NCBI GenBank assembly: GCA_963675755.2
Contig: CAXXMD010000003.1
Coordinates: 3,360,001-3,424,000, forward strand
Length of the DNA stretch: 64,000 nucleotides
DNA from: a bacterium
GTDB taxonomy: Bacteria > Zhuqueibacterota > Zhuqueibacteria > Residuimicrobiales > Krinioviventaceae
Direction of reading: 5' to 3'
Under the pieces are notes generated by a model. It saw only the letters and a program-made list of their open reading frames with translations, was not told the DNA's origin and searched no databases. The position numbers and the translations under genes were made by a program. Shown piece by piece: positions 10,683 to 21,268 of the stretch (its first letter is position 1; each line of letters starts with the position of its first letter).

Positions 10683-10712
10683 ACATAGATTTTGTTGCGG
10701 GAGAACGATTGA

Positions 10713-11282
10713 ATGAAAAAAATGATCATGTTATTGGCACTGTTACCTTTACTATATTGCAGCAGAATGCCTGAAATTCGATATTTTACCATTAATTACG
10801 AGTTCGAAAAAACTTCTGATACCAAGTATGATGTTTTATTTGTCAAGAATTTCAAAACTGAACCGATATATAATAGTGATAAACTGGTTTACAGGGTATC
10901 TGATTACGAGATTAAATTTGACCACTATCGACGTTGGGTATTGACACCTGCAGAAATGTTGAGCGTGCAAACTCTGAACGATCTTCGAAAATCGGGTTTG
11001 TTTAACTGGGTTACTGATGTTTTACCCCGACAAAAGGATTTTTTGCGTCTTGAGGGTATGGTATTACAATTTGAAGAGACTCAGCAAAATGGACAACGAT
11101 ATGCAAATATTAAAGTATTGTTCAGTTTGCATGAAAACGAGACCGATGATTTGCGCTGGAACAAAGAATTAGGCGCAAACGTGTTAATTGATTCACCTGA
11201 CAGTGAAGGAATTGTTAAAGCCACAAGCCAGGCGGTAAAATTAACAATGGAACAGTTGGTGGATGAACTGATCAATCTCTAA
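10713..11282 (+). CDS. PqiC-like ABC-transport auxiliary lipoprotein
   Basis: Lipoprotein-like signal (LLYC), LVYR...YRRWVLTPAEM motif; last gene of the MCE operon. Confidence 0.75.
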   Translation: MKKMIMLLALLPLLYCSRMPEIRYFTINYEFEKTSDTKYDVLFVKNFKTEPIYNSDKLVYRVSDYEIKFDHYRRWVLTPAEMLSVQTLNDLRKSGLFNWVTDVLPRQKDFLRLEGMVLQFEETQQNGQRYANIKVLFSLHENETDDLRWNKELGANVLIDSPDSEGIVKATSQAVKLTMEQLVDELINL

Positions 11283-11364
11283 TAAATACTGAACTAATTC
11301 GCTATTTTAGCGTTGAAATAATATTAAATTGTAATTGCAGTGTTGTTTCGGTTTCGGAGCCTTG

Positions 11365-13695
11365 ATGTCTAAAATTCTTATAATTGATGATGAACCTGAA
11401 ATTCTGGATATTGTAGCTTCTCTGCTGGATTTGTTTCTTGAGGATAGCAAGGTTTTTAAAGCATCCAAGGGACAGATGGGCATAGAGATTGCGAAAAAGG
11501 AACGCCCCGATACAATTTTATTAGATATTAACATGCCCGAGATGGATGGGTATGAAGTATGTGGAACATTGAAAAGTGATCCTGATACACAAAATATTCC
11601 TATTATTATTCTCACTGGTATACAGACTGATTCCCAGAGTAAAATTAAAGCGCTTGATTTAGGTGCGGATGTTTTCCTGCCAAAACCCATCAAAGAGGGA
11701 GAGCTCATTGCGCATGTCAAGGCCATGTTGCGTATTAAACTTGCCGAAGATGAACTCAAAAAAGAAAAAGAACTATTAAATTTTCTCGTTAAACAGCGTA
11801 CTGAAGAACTCAATAAAGCCCATAAAAGATACCAGCATTTATATGATTTTGCACCGGATCTGTATTTTTCTGTTCGAAAAGATGGAAATATCATATCGGT
11901 GAACCGAAACGGGGCCAATTCATTGGGATATAACCATGAAGAATTGGTTGGCAAGCCAATTTGGGAAACTTTTCATCCTGAAGAGATGGCCAGTGTACAA
12001 GCACAAATTCAAAAGATTTTTGACAAAAAAATTATTAACGGAGAATGGGAGTTTCGGCAGGTACATAAAAATGGCGATGTAATATGGGTGCAGGAAAAGA
12101 CATTTTTATTTTTGAATGAAAAAGGTTACGCGCAGGAACTTTTGATTATGTGTCGTGACGTTACCGCACAAAAAATTGCTGAAGAATCTTTACGGGAAAG
12201 TGAACAGCATTATAGGACCTTGTTTGAGCATGGTAACGATGCTATATTGCTATCAAGTCAAACCAAAGATATTATTGATGCAAATATTCAAGCTGTTAAA
12301 TTGTTGGGGTATGACAAGAGCGAATTGATAAAATTTAAATTTGGGACTCTGCTTAAATCATTGAATCCCAAAGATCCTCAACCCCCCGAGTTTTCTGATT
12401 TAAAGATAAATGATCGTTACGAGTATGAAACGCATATTCTGCACAAGGATGAAAGTGTAATTCCTGTTCAGGTTTCCATAACTCCATTGCAACGAAAAAA
12501 TAAAAATCTTTATTTGATCATGCTTCGTGATCTGTCGGAGCGTAAAAAAGTTGAAGAGGAAGTTCAAAAGTCTCAAAAACTTGAATCTATTGGTATTCTG
12601 GCGGGTGGTTTGGCCCATGATTTTAATAACCGTCTATCAGTGATATTAGGCAATGCTCAACTTGGCAGAATGTCACTGGAAAATGGAGGAGAAGTTGATA
12701 AATACTTTGCCAATATTGAAAAGGGAGCTATTCAGGCTACTACTTTGACGCAGCAATTGTTAACTTTTTCCAAAGGTGGATCGCCAGTTAAAAAATTCTA
12801 TTCCATCAAAACATTGATCAGTGAGGCTGTTGAACTGTCTCTTAGCGGTTCAAAGACAGGTTTAAAATCTGAATTGCCGGATGATCTTTGGGCGGTTGAA
12901 GTAGATGAAGGTCAGATTGTTCAGGTATTGAATAATTTGATAATCAATGCAGATCAGGCAATGGCTGATGGAGGTTTGTTGACTATCACAGCCGAAAATC
13001 TGTCAAAACGATCAAAGAAAATTCATGCTGCCTTAAAAAATGGAGATTATGTTAGAATTACTATTCAAGACCAGGGAATTGGAATTCCTCAGGATAATTT
13101 AGACAAAATTTTCGATCCATATTTTACAACCAAGCAGCAGGGCAGTGGTTTAGGTCTGGCTGTTGCTTATTCTATCATTAAAAAACACGGTGGATTGTTA
13201 ACAGCTCAATCTGAACTGGGTAAAGGATCAGTTTTTGAAATTTATTTACCGGCTGAACCGGATTATGTTCTGGAATCTGTAGTTAAAGAGGATGAACAAT
13301 TTATCGGTAAGGGCAGGGTTCTGGTTATGGATGATGAAGAAGCTGTCTTGTCTGTTGTTGAAAATTATTTGACTATTTCCGGATATGATGTCGAAATTGC
13401 CAAAGATGGTAATGAAGCAATAGAGATGTATAAAAAAGCTGCTGACGAACAAAATGGTTATAATGTGGTTATTATGGATCTGACAATTCCCGGTGGAATT
13501 GGTGGTGGAGAGACCATGGAAATTTTAAAGGCGTTTGATCCTAAAATCAATGCGGTTGTTTCTAGTGGCTATTCAAATGATCCGATTATGGCAAATTACG
13601 AGGAATATGGATTCAAAGGTGTAATAGCAAAGCCTTACCGGATGAATGAACTGGGTAAAGTATTGCATAGAATATTTCATAATACCGGTTCTTGA
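11365..13695 (+). CDS. Cytoplasmic hybrid histidine kinase (REC-PAS-PAS-HisKA-HATPase-REC)
   Basis: ILIIDDE/LLDINMP receiver, two PAS/PAC regions, LAHDFNN H-box, DQGIG, PYFTTK, GSGLGL, C-terminal receiver. Start reassigned to MSKIL. Confidence 0.92.
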   Translation: MSKILIIDDEPEILDIVASLLDLFLEDSKVFKASKGQMGIEIAKKERPDTILLDINMPEMDGYEVCGTLKSDPDTQNIPIIILTGIQTDSQSKIKALDLGADVFLPKPIKEGELIAHVKAMLRIKLAEDELKKEKELLNFLVKQRTEELNKAHKRYQHLYDFAPDLYFSVRKDGNIISVNRNGANSLGYNHEELVGKPIWETFHPEEMASVQAQIQKIFDKKIINGEWEFRQVHKNGDVIWVQEKTFLFLNEKGYAQELLIMCRDVTAQKIAEESLRESEQHYRTLFEHGNDAILLSSQTKDIIDANIQAVKLLGYDKSELIKFKFGTLLKSLNPKDPQPPEFSDLKINDRYEYETHILHKDESVIPVQVSITPLQRKNKNLYLIMLRDLSERKKVEEEVQKSQKLESIGILAGGLAHDFNNRLSVILGNAQLGRMSLENGGEVDKYFANIEKGAIQATTLTQQLLTFSKGGSPVKKFYSIKTLISEAVELSLSGSKTGLKSELPDDLWAVEVDEGQIVQVLNNLIINADQAMADGGLLTITAENLSKRSKKIHAALKNGDYVRITIQDQGIGIPQDNLDKIFDPYFTTKQQGSGLGLAVAYSIIKKHGGLLTAQSELGKGSVFEIYLPAEPDYVLESVVKEDEQFIGKGRVLVMDDEEAVLSVVENYLTISGYDVEIAKDGNEAIEMYKKAADEQNGYNVVIMDLTIPGGIGGGETMEILKAFDPKINAVVSSGYSNDPIMANYEEYGFKGVIAKPYRMNELGKVLHRIFHNTGS

Positions 13696-13828
13696 TGAAT
13701 TTGCTAATTAACTCCGAATTTTGCTTTTCTTTATCATAATTCCCAAAATAATAATTGAGATTTTGTATTTAATCGCTTTAATTGATTATATATAGAGTGG
13801 TCCATTTTTACAATCAAGAGGTTGAGTA

Positions 13829-14422
13829 ATGGATTCTGAAAAAAATAATCAGCTTGGTGCTGTTATTACTTCCTGGCGATATTCTCCACAACGGTCAAAA
13901 AAGTTTTTATATTATATTTTGGGTTTGACTGGTGGTCTGGCTGTCTTTTTAATGTACTATGGGCAGGACCTTTTGCCGCTGTTGAAAGAGATACCCGAGT
14001 ATTTTCTTTATTTTTTTGTGTTCCTGATCAGTCCGTTTATCAAATTTTTTAAAACAAACCGGGGTGACCAGGAGTGGGCTCTGTATGATAAAGGGTATTC
14101 GCTTGTGGTGATGGAAGATGATAAAATTGTAAATACAATTACAGGGTACTGGCAGGACTATTCAACGTGTAATTATAAAGAAAAACAGGTGATTCTAGTT
14201 CCGGCAAACAAGGCTAAAAGAGTGATAAAGATGAATACTCCCAATAATACCCGGGATGTATATATGGTGTGCCGGGAAATGATTTCCATGGCCTGGGAAG
14301 AAAGCACTGTTAAACAGATACAGGATCAACACATTGTCAAGAGTCCACAGCAAAAACATCTGGAAAAATATGAAAAAATGCTTGCCAAACGAAACAAAAG
14401 GCTGTATGGACACGTAAATTAA
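13829..14422 (+). CDS. Hypothetical membrane protein
   Basis: 197-aa ORF, GAGG RBS, two hydrophobic segments near the N-terminus. Confidence 0.7.
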   Translation: MDSEKNNQLGAVITSWRYSPQRSKKFLYYILGLTGGLAVFLMYYGQDLLPLLKEIPEYFLYFFVFLISPFIKFFKTNRGDQEWALYDKGYSLVVMEDDKIVNTITGYWQDYSTCNYKEKQVILVPANKAKRVIKMNTPNNTRDVYMVCREMISMAWEESTVKQIQDQHIVKSPQQKHLEKYEKMLAKRNKRLYGHVN

Positions 14423-14433
14423 AAGAAAAACGC

Positions 14434-14496
14434 TTGACAAATATATTTTTTTTGCGTAAAGTTAACCAACTGGTTAGTTAAACTAAATGGTTAGTT
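14434..14496 (+). promoter_or_regulatory. Sigma70-type promoter followed by two tandem TetR-type operators
   Basis: TTGACA(14434)-17 nt-TAAAGT(14457), then imperfect palindromes AACCAACTGGTTAGTT (14464-14479) and AACTAAATGGTTAGTT (14481-14496) ending 2 nt before the tetR ATG. Confidence 0.72.
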
Positions 14497-14498
14497 AG

Positions 14499-15125
14499 AT
14501 GGAAAAACATGATACATCAAAAGAACGGATAATTGAAGCCTCCTGGCAGGAATTTGTAGACAGGGGGTATGACGGTGCACGTATGCAGCGAATTGCGGAT
14601 AATGCCGGTGTGAACAAGGCAATGATCTATTACTATTTTACATCAAAAGATAGTCTGTTTGAAAGTCTGCTAAAGTCGATTTTTGAAAAGTTTTTTGGAG
14701 TATTTTTCAGCGAAATAGCGTTTGATGATTTGACAATGGAAGAGCTTGTTCGTGCTTTTGTTGAAAAGCATATTGAGTTTTTGCAAAAAAATCCTCAACT
14801 ACCAAAGGTGATTATTCGTGAATTACACAACAATAACCCTATTACTGGCAAAATCACACGAAAGATCTTTGCCAGTTTGATATTGCAGGTGTTTCAAAAA
14901 GTTGATGAAAAAGTCAGAGTAGCAAAAGACGCTGGTGAAATTCGTGATATTGATGCAATGCAAACGATTTGGAGCATTGCCGGTATGAACCTGTTTTTCT
15001 TTTTCATGAAGCCCCTGCTGGTTCTGGTTTTAGAAGCTTTTGATTTGGAAGAAGATAAAGTGCTTGAAGAACGCAAGCTGGCAATAATCGATTTGTTATT
15101 ATATGGAATATTACCTAGAGAATAG
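14499..15125 (+). CDS. TetR/AcrR-family regulator
   Basis: GYDGARMQRIADNAGVNKAMIYYYFTSKDSLF helix-turn-helix. Confidence 0.93.
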   Translation: MEKHDTSKERIIEASWQEFVDRGYDGARMQRIADNAGVNKAMIYYYFTSKDSLFESLLKSIFEKFFGVFFSEIAFDDLTMEELVRAFVEKHIEFLQKNPQLPKVIIRELHNNNPITGKITRKIFASLILQVFQKVDEKVRVAKDAGEIRDIDAMQTIWSIAGMNLFFFFMKPLLVLVLEAFDLEEDKVLEERKLAIIDLLLYGILPRE

Positions 15126-15138
15126 CAAAGGTGAAACT

Positions 15139-16476
15139 ATGAGATGTTTAAAATTGTTTATGGTGCTATTGTTTTTATCCGTTCCGGTTTGGTCACAAAC
15201 GCATCAATTGACACTTGATGCGTGTAAGGAATTGGCCGGTAAAAACAACCCTGATTTGGTAATTGCTAAAATTGAACAACACGCTGCAGATAGCGATGTA
15301 AAACAGTTCCATGCGGATCGTCTGCCGCAGTTGAATTTCAAAGGATCGTATCGTTATCAGAGTGAGGTGCCTGAATTATCGATCCCGCCTGTGGATATCG
15401 GGTTTGGGAATCCCATTACCGTTTTTGATGCCCCTATGACATTGGGTTCGAATGATACCTATGATTTTACTATGACAGTGACGCAGCCGCTGTTTACCGG
15501 GTTTCAATTGAAAAACCGGGACAAGGCAATGCAATATGCTGCCGATAGTAAAAAAGTTGATTATGACCGTCTCTACTCGGAATTGATGTACAAGGTTGAA
15601 ACCGCTTACCGGAACGTACAAAAAGCGGAAATGTTTATTGAAATATCGCAAACCGCCAAAGAACAGGTAGAATCACATTTGTTGGATATGCGCAATTTCT
15701 ACGAGCAAGGAATGGTCCGTAAAGACCAGGTGATGCAGGTAGAGGTAAAACTTGCGGAAACCGAGCTGAGTATTGTGCAGGCAGAACATGCATTGGCAAA
15801 TGCCACAGCATATCTGGAAAATGTAATTGGTGAAGAACTGAATGGCGATATTGAAACAGAAAAAGTAAATGTTGAAAAATTACCTCCTTTGAGTCTTGAA
15901 TCCTCTCTTAATGCGGCATATCATAATCGTCTTGAATTCCAATCATTGGCGGCTATGAAAAATGCTGCCAAAAGTTCGGTCGATGCGGCAAAAGGTGGGT
16001 ATATGCCAACACTTGCAGCATTTGCCTCTTTGGGATATGGTAAACCCGGACTCGATTTTGTTAACAACGAGTGGATGGATTATTGGGTTGCGGGTGCAAG
16101 TCTTGAATGGTCTTTATGGAACTGGGGAAAAACCAGCTCCAAAATCCAATCTGCCAGGCTGCAAGTGAACAAGATACAAGAGTCAGAAGAAAAGCTGCGA
16201 CAGGCGATAAAGTTGGATGTGACCCAATCCGGTTTACGCGTCAAAGAAGCGGTAAAACGTATGCAATTGACAAAACAGATTGTTGATCAGTCTGAAGAAA
16301 CTTTTCGAATTGTTGAAAATAATTTTAAACAAGGTATGGCCAATAACAGTGAATTCCTGGATGTACAAATGGACCTGACCCGTGCCAGATTACAGTCAGC
16401 ACAGGCCCAGGTTGATTATCTGATTGCATTAGCCAATCTGAAGCGTGCAGAAGGAACAATAAAAGAGGTTAAATGA
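15139..16476 (+). CDS. TolC-family outer-membrane efflux protein
   Basis: Signal peptide from MRCLK, two OEP repeats (LPQLNF, TQPLFTGF, MPTL, WSLWNWG). Confidence 0.9.
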   Translation: MRCLKLFMVLLFLSVPVWSQTHQLTLDACKELAGKNNPDLVIAKIEQHAADSDVKQFHADRLPQLNFKGSYRYQSEVPELSIPPVDIGFGNPITVFDAPMTLGSNDTYDFTMTVTQPLFTGFQLKNRDKAMQYAADSKKVDYDRLYSELMYKVETAYRNVQKAEMFIEISQTAKEQVESHLLDMRNFYEQGMVRKDQVMQVEVKLAETELSIVQAEHALANATAYLENVIGEELNGDIETEKVNVEKLPPLSLESSLNAAYHNRLEFQSLAAMKNAAKSSVDAAKGGYMPTLAAFASLGYGKPGLDFVNNEWMDYWVAGASLEWSLWNWGKTSSKIQSARLQVNKIQESEEKLRQAIKLDVTQSGLRVKEAVKRMQLTKQIVDQSEETFRIVENNFKQGMANNSEFLDVQMDLTRARLQSAQAQVDYLIALANLKRAEGTIKEVK

Positions 16477-17369
16477 TGCAAAAATATATCTATTATTCTG
16501 TTATGCTTTTCACTTTACTTGTATTCTTTTCATGCAGTAAAAACAATGAACAAACCTTTTACAGTTCAGGTACTTTGGAAGCTACTGAAATTGTTGTTGG
16601 CTCTCAGGCAAATGGAGAACTGCTTACTCTTGACGTAGAAGAAGGCGATGCTGTAACCGTCGGCCAGGTCATTGCGCGGGTTGATACGGAAAAACTGGTT
16701 TTGCAGGAACAGCAGCTTGAAGCAGGATTACTGGAATTGTCATTGAATCGTGTGAATGCCAAACGGTCTGTAGCATTGGCTAGAGAAAATCTGGATAATG
16801 TGCAGAAAAAATATGATCGCATCAAAGCACTGCTAAATGGGGGCAGTACAACTCAGCAGAATTTTGATGATATAGAAACCGCATTAAAATCCGCTCAAAC
16901 GCAATATGATAACGCCAAAACCAGTCTGAATGTTTTATCTGCCAAAGAGAGCCAACTGGAGGCACAAAAAGCGTTAATCAAAAGCCAGCTAAAAGATTGC
17001 GTCATTACTTCACCAATTGATGGTGTTGTGTTGGAAAAATATATCGATGCGGGCGAGCTGATTCGAATGGGCAGCAACATTGTCAATATTGCGGATATCC
17101 GCAAGATGTGGATCAAGTTTTATATCACAGAAGCTGATTTTGGCCAAGTGAAAATTGGTGACAGTGCCCGGTTTGTTAGTGGTATTGAGCCACCCAAAGA
17201 GTTTACCGGTAAAATAACCTGGATCTCTCCCAAAGCTGAATTTACACCTAAAAATGTGCAGACCCGGGAAGCCCGTGCCGATCTGGTTTATGCGGTTAAA
17301 TTAATGATTGATAATCCTGACGGTGTGCTTAAAATTGGTATGCCCGGTGATGTTTATCTTGAAAAGTGA
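16473..17369 (+). CDS. HlyD/YbhG-like membrane-fusion lipoprotein
   Basis: Lipobox FFSC, SGTLEA, ITSPIDG, AEFTPKNVQT, LKIGMPGDV. Confidence 0.9.
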   Translation: MMQKYIYYSVMLFTLLVFFSCSKNNEQTFYSSGTLEATEIVVGSQANGELLTLDVEEGDAVTVGQVIARVDTEKLVLQEQQLEAGLLELSLNRVNAKRSVALARENLDNVQKKYDRIKALLNGGSTTQQNFDDIETALKSAQTQYDNAKTSLNVLSAKESQLEAQKALIKSQLKDCVITSPIDGVVLEKYIDAGELIRMGSNIVNIADIRKMWIKFYITEADFGQVKIGDSARFVSGIEPPKEFTGKITWISPKAEFTPKNVQTREARADLVYAVKLMIDNPDGVLKIGMPGDVYLEK

Positions 17370-17370
17370 T

Positions 17371-18285
17371 ATGATGTTAGATATAGAAATCAAAAATTTG
17401 AGAAAATCCTTTGGTGATGTCACCGCGGTGGATGATTTGAATTTACAGGTAAAACCCGGTGAGATGGTTGGACTCATTGGTCCCGATGGAGCAGGCAAAA
17501 CCACTACCATCCGAATGTTATGCGGGCTCTTGTTTCCTGATAGTGGATCGGCTTCTGTATGCGGATTTGATATCCAAAAACAGTTGGATGATATCCGGGC
17601 CGTGATTGGGTATATGCCGCAGCGGTTTTCACTTTACCCCGATCTGACGGTTGCGGAAAATTTGCGCTTTTTTGCCGATCTGTTTCAAGTCCCCAAAGAC
17701 GAGCGGGAAGATCGTTTACAGCGTTTGTTGCAATTCAGCCGCCTGGGACCCTTTTCCAAACGGCGGGCCAATGCATTATCCGGTGGGATGAAGCAGAAGC
17801 TGGCCCTGAGTTGTACGCTGATCCATACACCCCGGTTGTTGTTCCTGGACGAGCCCACTACCGGTGTGGATCCGGTTTCGCGATTAGAGTTCTGGCAGAT
17901 CCTCAAAGAGCTAAAAGAAGAGGGTGTAACCATTCTGGTGACTACTCCTTATATGGATGAAGCCGAACGCTGTGATCGGGTAGCATTCATCCACAAAGGA
18001 CAAATACTGGCAATTGAAGAACCGCAAAAAATACCAGATTTGTTTACTATGCGCTTGTTTGAATTGCAATGCAGTGATTTTGTAAAAGCTGCACGTATTC
18101 TGGAAAACAGAGAAGGCATTGCATCGGTGCAGATTTTTGGTGATCGTGTGCACCTTGCCGGTCAGGATGAGCAAAAGCTCAGACAAACCGTGGAATCTGC
18201 AATGATGAGTGCGGAATTGACTGATTATAAATTAAATAATATAGTGCCAACCGTTGAAGATGTATTTGTAGAATTGATGCGATAA
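17371..18285 (+). CDS. ABC transporter ATP-binding protein (YbhF-like)
   Basis: GPDGAGKTT, LSGGMKQKL, LDEPTTGVDP. Start reassigned to MMLDIE. Confidence 0.92.
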   Translation: MMLDIEIKNLRKSFGDVTAVDDLNLQVKPGEMVGLIGPDGAGKTTTIRMLCGLLFPDSGSASVCGFDIQKQLDDIRAVIGYMPQRFSLYPDLTVAENLRFFADLFQVPKDEREDRLQRLLQFSRLGPFSKRRANALSGGMKQKLALSCTLIHTPRLLFLDEPTTGVDPVSRLEFWQILKELKEEGVTILVTTPYMDEAERCDRVAFIHKGQILAIEEPQKIPDLFTMRLFELQCSDFVKAARILENREGIASVQIFGDRVHLAGQDEQKLRQTVESAMMSAELTDYKLNNIVPTVEDVFVELMR

Positions 18286-18289
18286 AATT

Positions 18290-19018
18290 ATGAAAGATAT
18301 ATCAGTAAATGTAAAACAGTTGACCCGTCAGTTTGGCAAGTTTACAGCCGTAGACCACATTGATTTTGAGGTCTATGATGGTGAGATTTTTGGTTTTTTG
18401 GGTGCCAATGGCGCGGGCAAAACCACTACAATCCGGATGTTGTGCGGATTGCTGCTGCCTTCCTCGGGCGAGGCCAGTGTAGAAGGATTTGATGTCTATA
18501 CGGAAACGGACAAGATCAAGCAGAACATTGGGTACATGTCGCAAAAGTTTTCACTGTATGAAGACCTAACCGTGCGCGAGAACATCGAGTTTTTTGGCGG
18601 AGTATACGGATTGTCTGACAGCGAACTCAAAGAAGCCAGAGAACGCACGGTCACTGAATTTGGTCTGGGTGATGTTTTTAATAAGCTCACACGGGAATTG
18701 CCATTGGGATGGAAACAGCGCCTGGCATTGGGATGTTCATTGCTGCATCAGCCCCATATCCTTTTTCTGGATGAACCTACCGGAGGCGTGGACCCCATTT
18801 CGAGAAGGAATTTTTGGGAGAAAATTTATCAGCTTGCCGAAGGCGGGACCACTATCTTTGTGACAACGCACTATATGGATGAGGTGGAATATTGTAACCG
18901 AATTTCCATCATGCATGCCGGTAAAATTGTGGCAATGGATTCTCCCGGTGAATTGAAGAAACAATACCAGAAAAAGACAATCGAAGATGTGTTTATTCAT
19001 TTGATAAGCAGAGATTGA
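18290..19018 (+). CDS. ABC transporter ATP-binding protein (YbhF-like)
   Basis: GANGAGKTT, LPLGWKQRL, LDEPTGGVDP. Confidence 0.92.
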   Translation: MKDISVNVKQLTRQFGKFTAVDHIDFEVYDGEIFGFLGANGAGKTTTIRMLCGLLLPSSGEASVEGFDVYTETDKIKQNIGYMSQKFSLYEDLTVRENIEFFGGVYGLSDSELKEARERTVTEFGLGDVFNKLTRELPLGWKQRLALGCSLLHQPHILFLDEPTGGVDPISRRNFWEKIYQLAEGGTTIFVTTHYMDEVEYCNRISIMHAGKIVAMDSPGELKKQYQKKTIEDVFIHLISRD

Positions 19019-19020
19019 TC

Positions 19021-20130
19021 ATGAAGTCTAGAATTATACCAATTATACGTAAAGAGTTTATACATATACTGCGTGATCCGCGCAGTCTGGCAATTATTTT
19101 TATCATGCCTACTTTGATGGTCATGCTGTTTGGTTATGCAATTACCTTTGATATTAAAAATATCAATATGGCAGTATTGGACCAGGACAATAGCCGGGCA
19201 TCACGCGAGTTGATTGACCAGTTTTCTAATAGCGGGTATTTTACGATCGTAAAGTATTTGAACAATCGGGAAGAGATTGAAGAAAATATCATGTTTCGTC
19301 AATTTATTGCCGCTATAGTGATTCCCAATGATTATCAGGAATCTCTTGATACCGGTAACCCCGCTCAAATTCAGCTGCTTGTTGACGGTTCAAATGCCAA
19401 TACCGCTACCATTGTGATCAATTACATTCGGGCTGCAATGAGCGCGTTGACCCTGAATATCAATGCCAATATTATAAAGATGCCCATCAACATTGAACCA
19501 CGGTTCCTCTATAATCCGGATTTAAAAAGTTCACATTTTATTGTACCGGGTTTGCTTGCAGTACTCATGATGATGATTTGTGCCATGCTGACATCCATTA
19601 CCATTGCACGAGAAAAAGAAACGGGTACTATGGAGCAGATTATTGTGTCTCCGGTAAAGTCCCGTGAGATTATCATTGGCAAGGTTACGCCTTATATTGG
19701 CGTTGCGTTTCTTGTTTCTTCGGCTGTGCTCATTTTCTCCAAAGTGGTTTTCAATGTACCCATTCGCGGAAATATCTTGCTGCTGGCACTGTTTTCTTTG
19801 GTGTTTATTTACGCGTCTTTGAGTATTGGTGTTTTTATCTCCACCAAAGCCAAAACCCAGCAGGTAGCACTTATGCTTTCCATGGTGGGAACACTGCTGC
19901 CATCCATTTTATTGTCCGGATTCATGTTTCCGGTATTTGCCATGCCGCTGTTTTTACGGATCATGTCATATATCGTTCCCGCAAAATATTTTATCGTCAT
20001 CACCCGCGGAATTATGCTAAAGGGAATAGGTGCTGAGGTTTTGTTTCCCCAGGCGCTTTTCCTGTTTGTCATAGGGACCATTTTGCTTTTTATCAGTTCC
20101 AAAAATTTTAAAACCAATCTGGAGAGTTGA
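19021..20130 (+). CDS. ABC-2 type permease (YbhS-like)
   Basis: KEFIHILRDPR, YNPDLKS, REKETGTMEQ, LSGFMFP. Confidence 0.9.
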   Translation: MKSRIIPIIRKEFIHILRDPRSLAIIFIMPTLMVMLFGYAITFDIKNINMAVLDQDNSRASRELIDQFSNSGYFTIVKYLNNREEIEENIMFRQFIAAIVIPNDYQESLDTGNPAQIQLLVDGSNANTATIVINYIRAAMSALTLNINANIIKMPINIEPRFLYNPDLKSSHFIVPGLLAVLMMMICAMLTSITIAREKETGTMEQIIVSPVKSREIIIGKVTPYIGVAFLVSSAVLIFSKVVFNVPIRGNILLLALFSLVFIYASLSIGVFISTKAKTQQVALMLSMVGTLLPSILLSGFMFPVFAMPLFLRIMSYIVPAKYFIVITRGIMLKGIGAEVLFPQALFLFVIGTILLFISSKNFKTNLES

Positions 20131-20131
20131 G

Positions 20132-21259
20132 TTGCGAAAAATCAGGTTTATCATACGTAAAGAGTTTCAGCAGATTCGTCGCGACAGAGCCATGCTGGCT
20201 ATAATATTTGTACTGCCGGTAATACAGCTGATTTTGATGGGATATGTGATTTCTTCCGAAGTGCAGAATATATCAATGGTGGTTTGTGATTTGGACAACT
20301 CGTCCGTGAGCCGCGAAATGATTAACCGGTTTACCACATCAGGATATTTTCATATCAATTATTATGAGAAAAATCAGGATAAACTGCTGGACTATTTGGA
20401 CCGCGGCAAAGTAACCGGTGCTATTGTGTTTCCACAGGATTTTCACGAAAATATTGTTAATGGACAGCCTGCATCTATTCAACTATTGCTGGATGGTCAG
20501 GATTTTAATGGTGCTACAATTACGCTCGGGTATATTAATGGCATTTTACAGCAGTTTTCAACTGAAAATCTTGAAAAGCAGATGACCAATTTAAAACTGG
20601 CAGGAATCAACCCCAAACTCATCCAGGTGGAGACACGGGTCTGGTATAATCCCAATTTGGAATACAGCGATTACATGGTACCCGGTATTGCGGTCTTTTT
20701 ACTGACCATGGTCACAGCATTGTTGAGCGCTATGGGACTGGTACGTGAGCGGGAAATTGGCACGCTTGAGCAATTGGTGGTGACCCCTATTACCAAATAT
20801 CAACTGCTGATTGGCAAGATACTGCCGTTTGCGATTTTGGGAATCCTCGAGTTTGCAATTGCCTTGGGATTTGCCAAGTTGTGGTATCACATCCCCATGA
20901 ATGGCAACCTGGCACTGTTTAGTGTGTTTGCTGTGGTATATCTCTTTACTTCACTGGGAGTAGGATTGTTTGTGTCCGCGACCGCGCAAACTCAACAGCA
21001 GGCTTTGTTTATGGCCTGGTTCTTTATGGTGTTTCTGTTTTTAATGTCAGGATTTGTATTCCCCATAGAGAATATGCCACAGATTGCTCAATATTTGACA
21101 TATATCAACCCCATGCGTTATATGATTATTGTGATTCGTGAAGTATTTATCAAAGGCGCACAATTTCATCATATCATGTGGCAGGGCGCTGCTATGGCTG
21201 CATTCAGTCTGACCCTGTTTTTGATATCGGTTAGAAAATTTCAATCGCGAGTAAAATAG
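20132..21259 (+). CDS. ABC-2 type permease (YbhR-like)
   Basis: KEFQQIRRD, WYNPNLE, REREIGTLEQL, SGFVFPIENMP; TTG start. Confidence 0.9.
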   Translation: MRKIRFIIRKEFQQIRRDRAMLAIIFVLPVIQLILMGYVISSEVQNISMVVCDLDNSSVSREMINRFTTSGYFHINYYEKNQDKLLDYLDRGKVTGAIVFPQDFHENIVNGQPASIQLLLDGQDFNGATITLGYINGILQQFSTENLEKQMTNLKLAGINPKLIQVETRVWYNPNLEYSDYMVPGIAVFLLTMVTALLSAMGLVREREIGTLEQLVVTPITKYQLLIGKILPFAILGILEFAIALGFAKLWYHIPMNGNLALFSVFAVVYLFTSLGVGLFVSATAQTQQQALFMAWFFMVFLFLMSGFVFPIENMPQIAQYLTYINPMRYMIIVIREVFIKGAQFHHIMWQGAAMAAFSLTLFLISVRKFQSRVK

Positions 21260-21268
21260 AGGAGCGTT

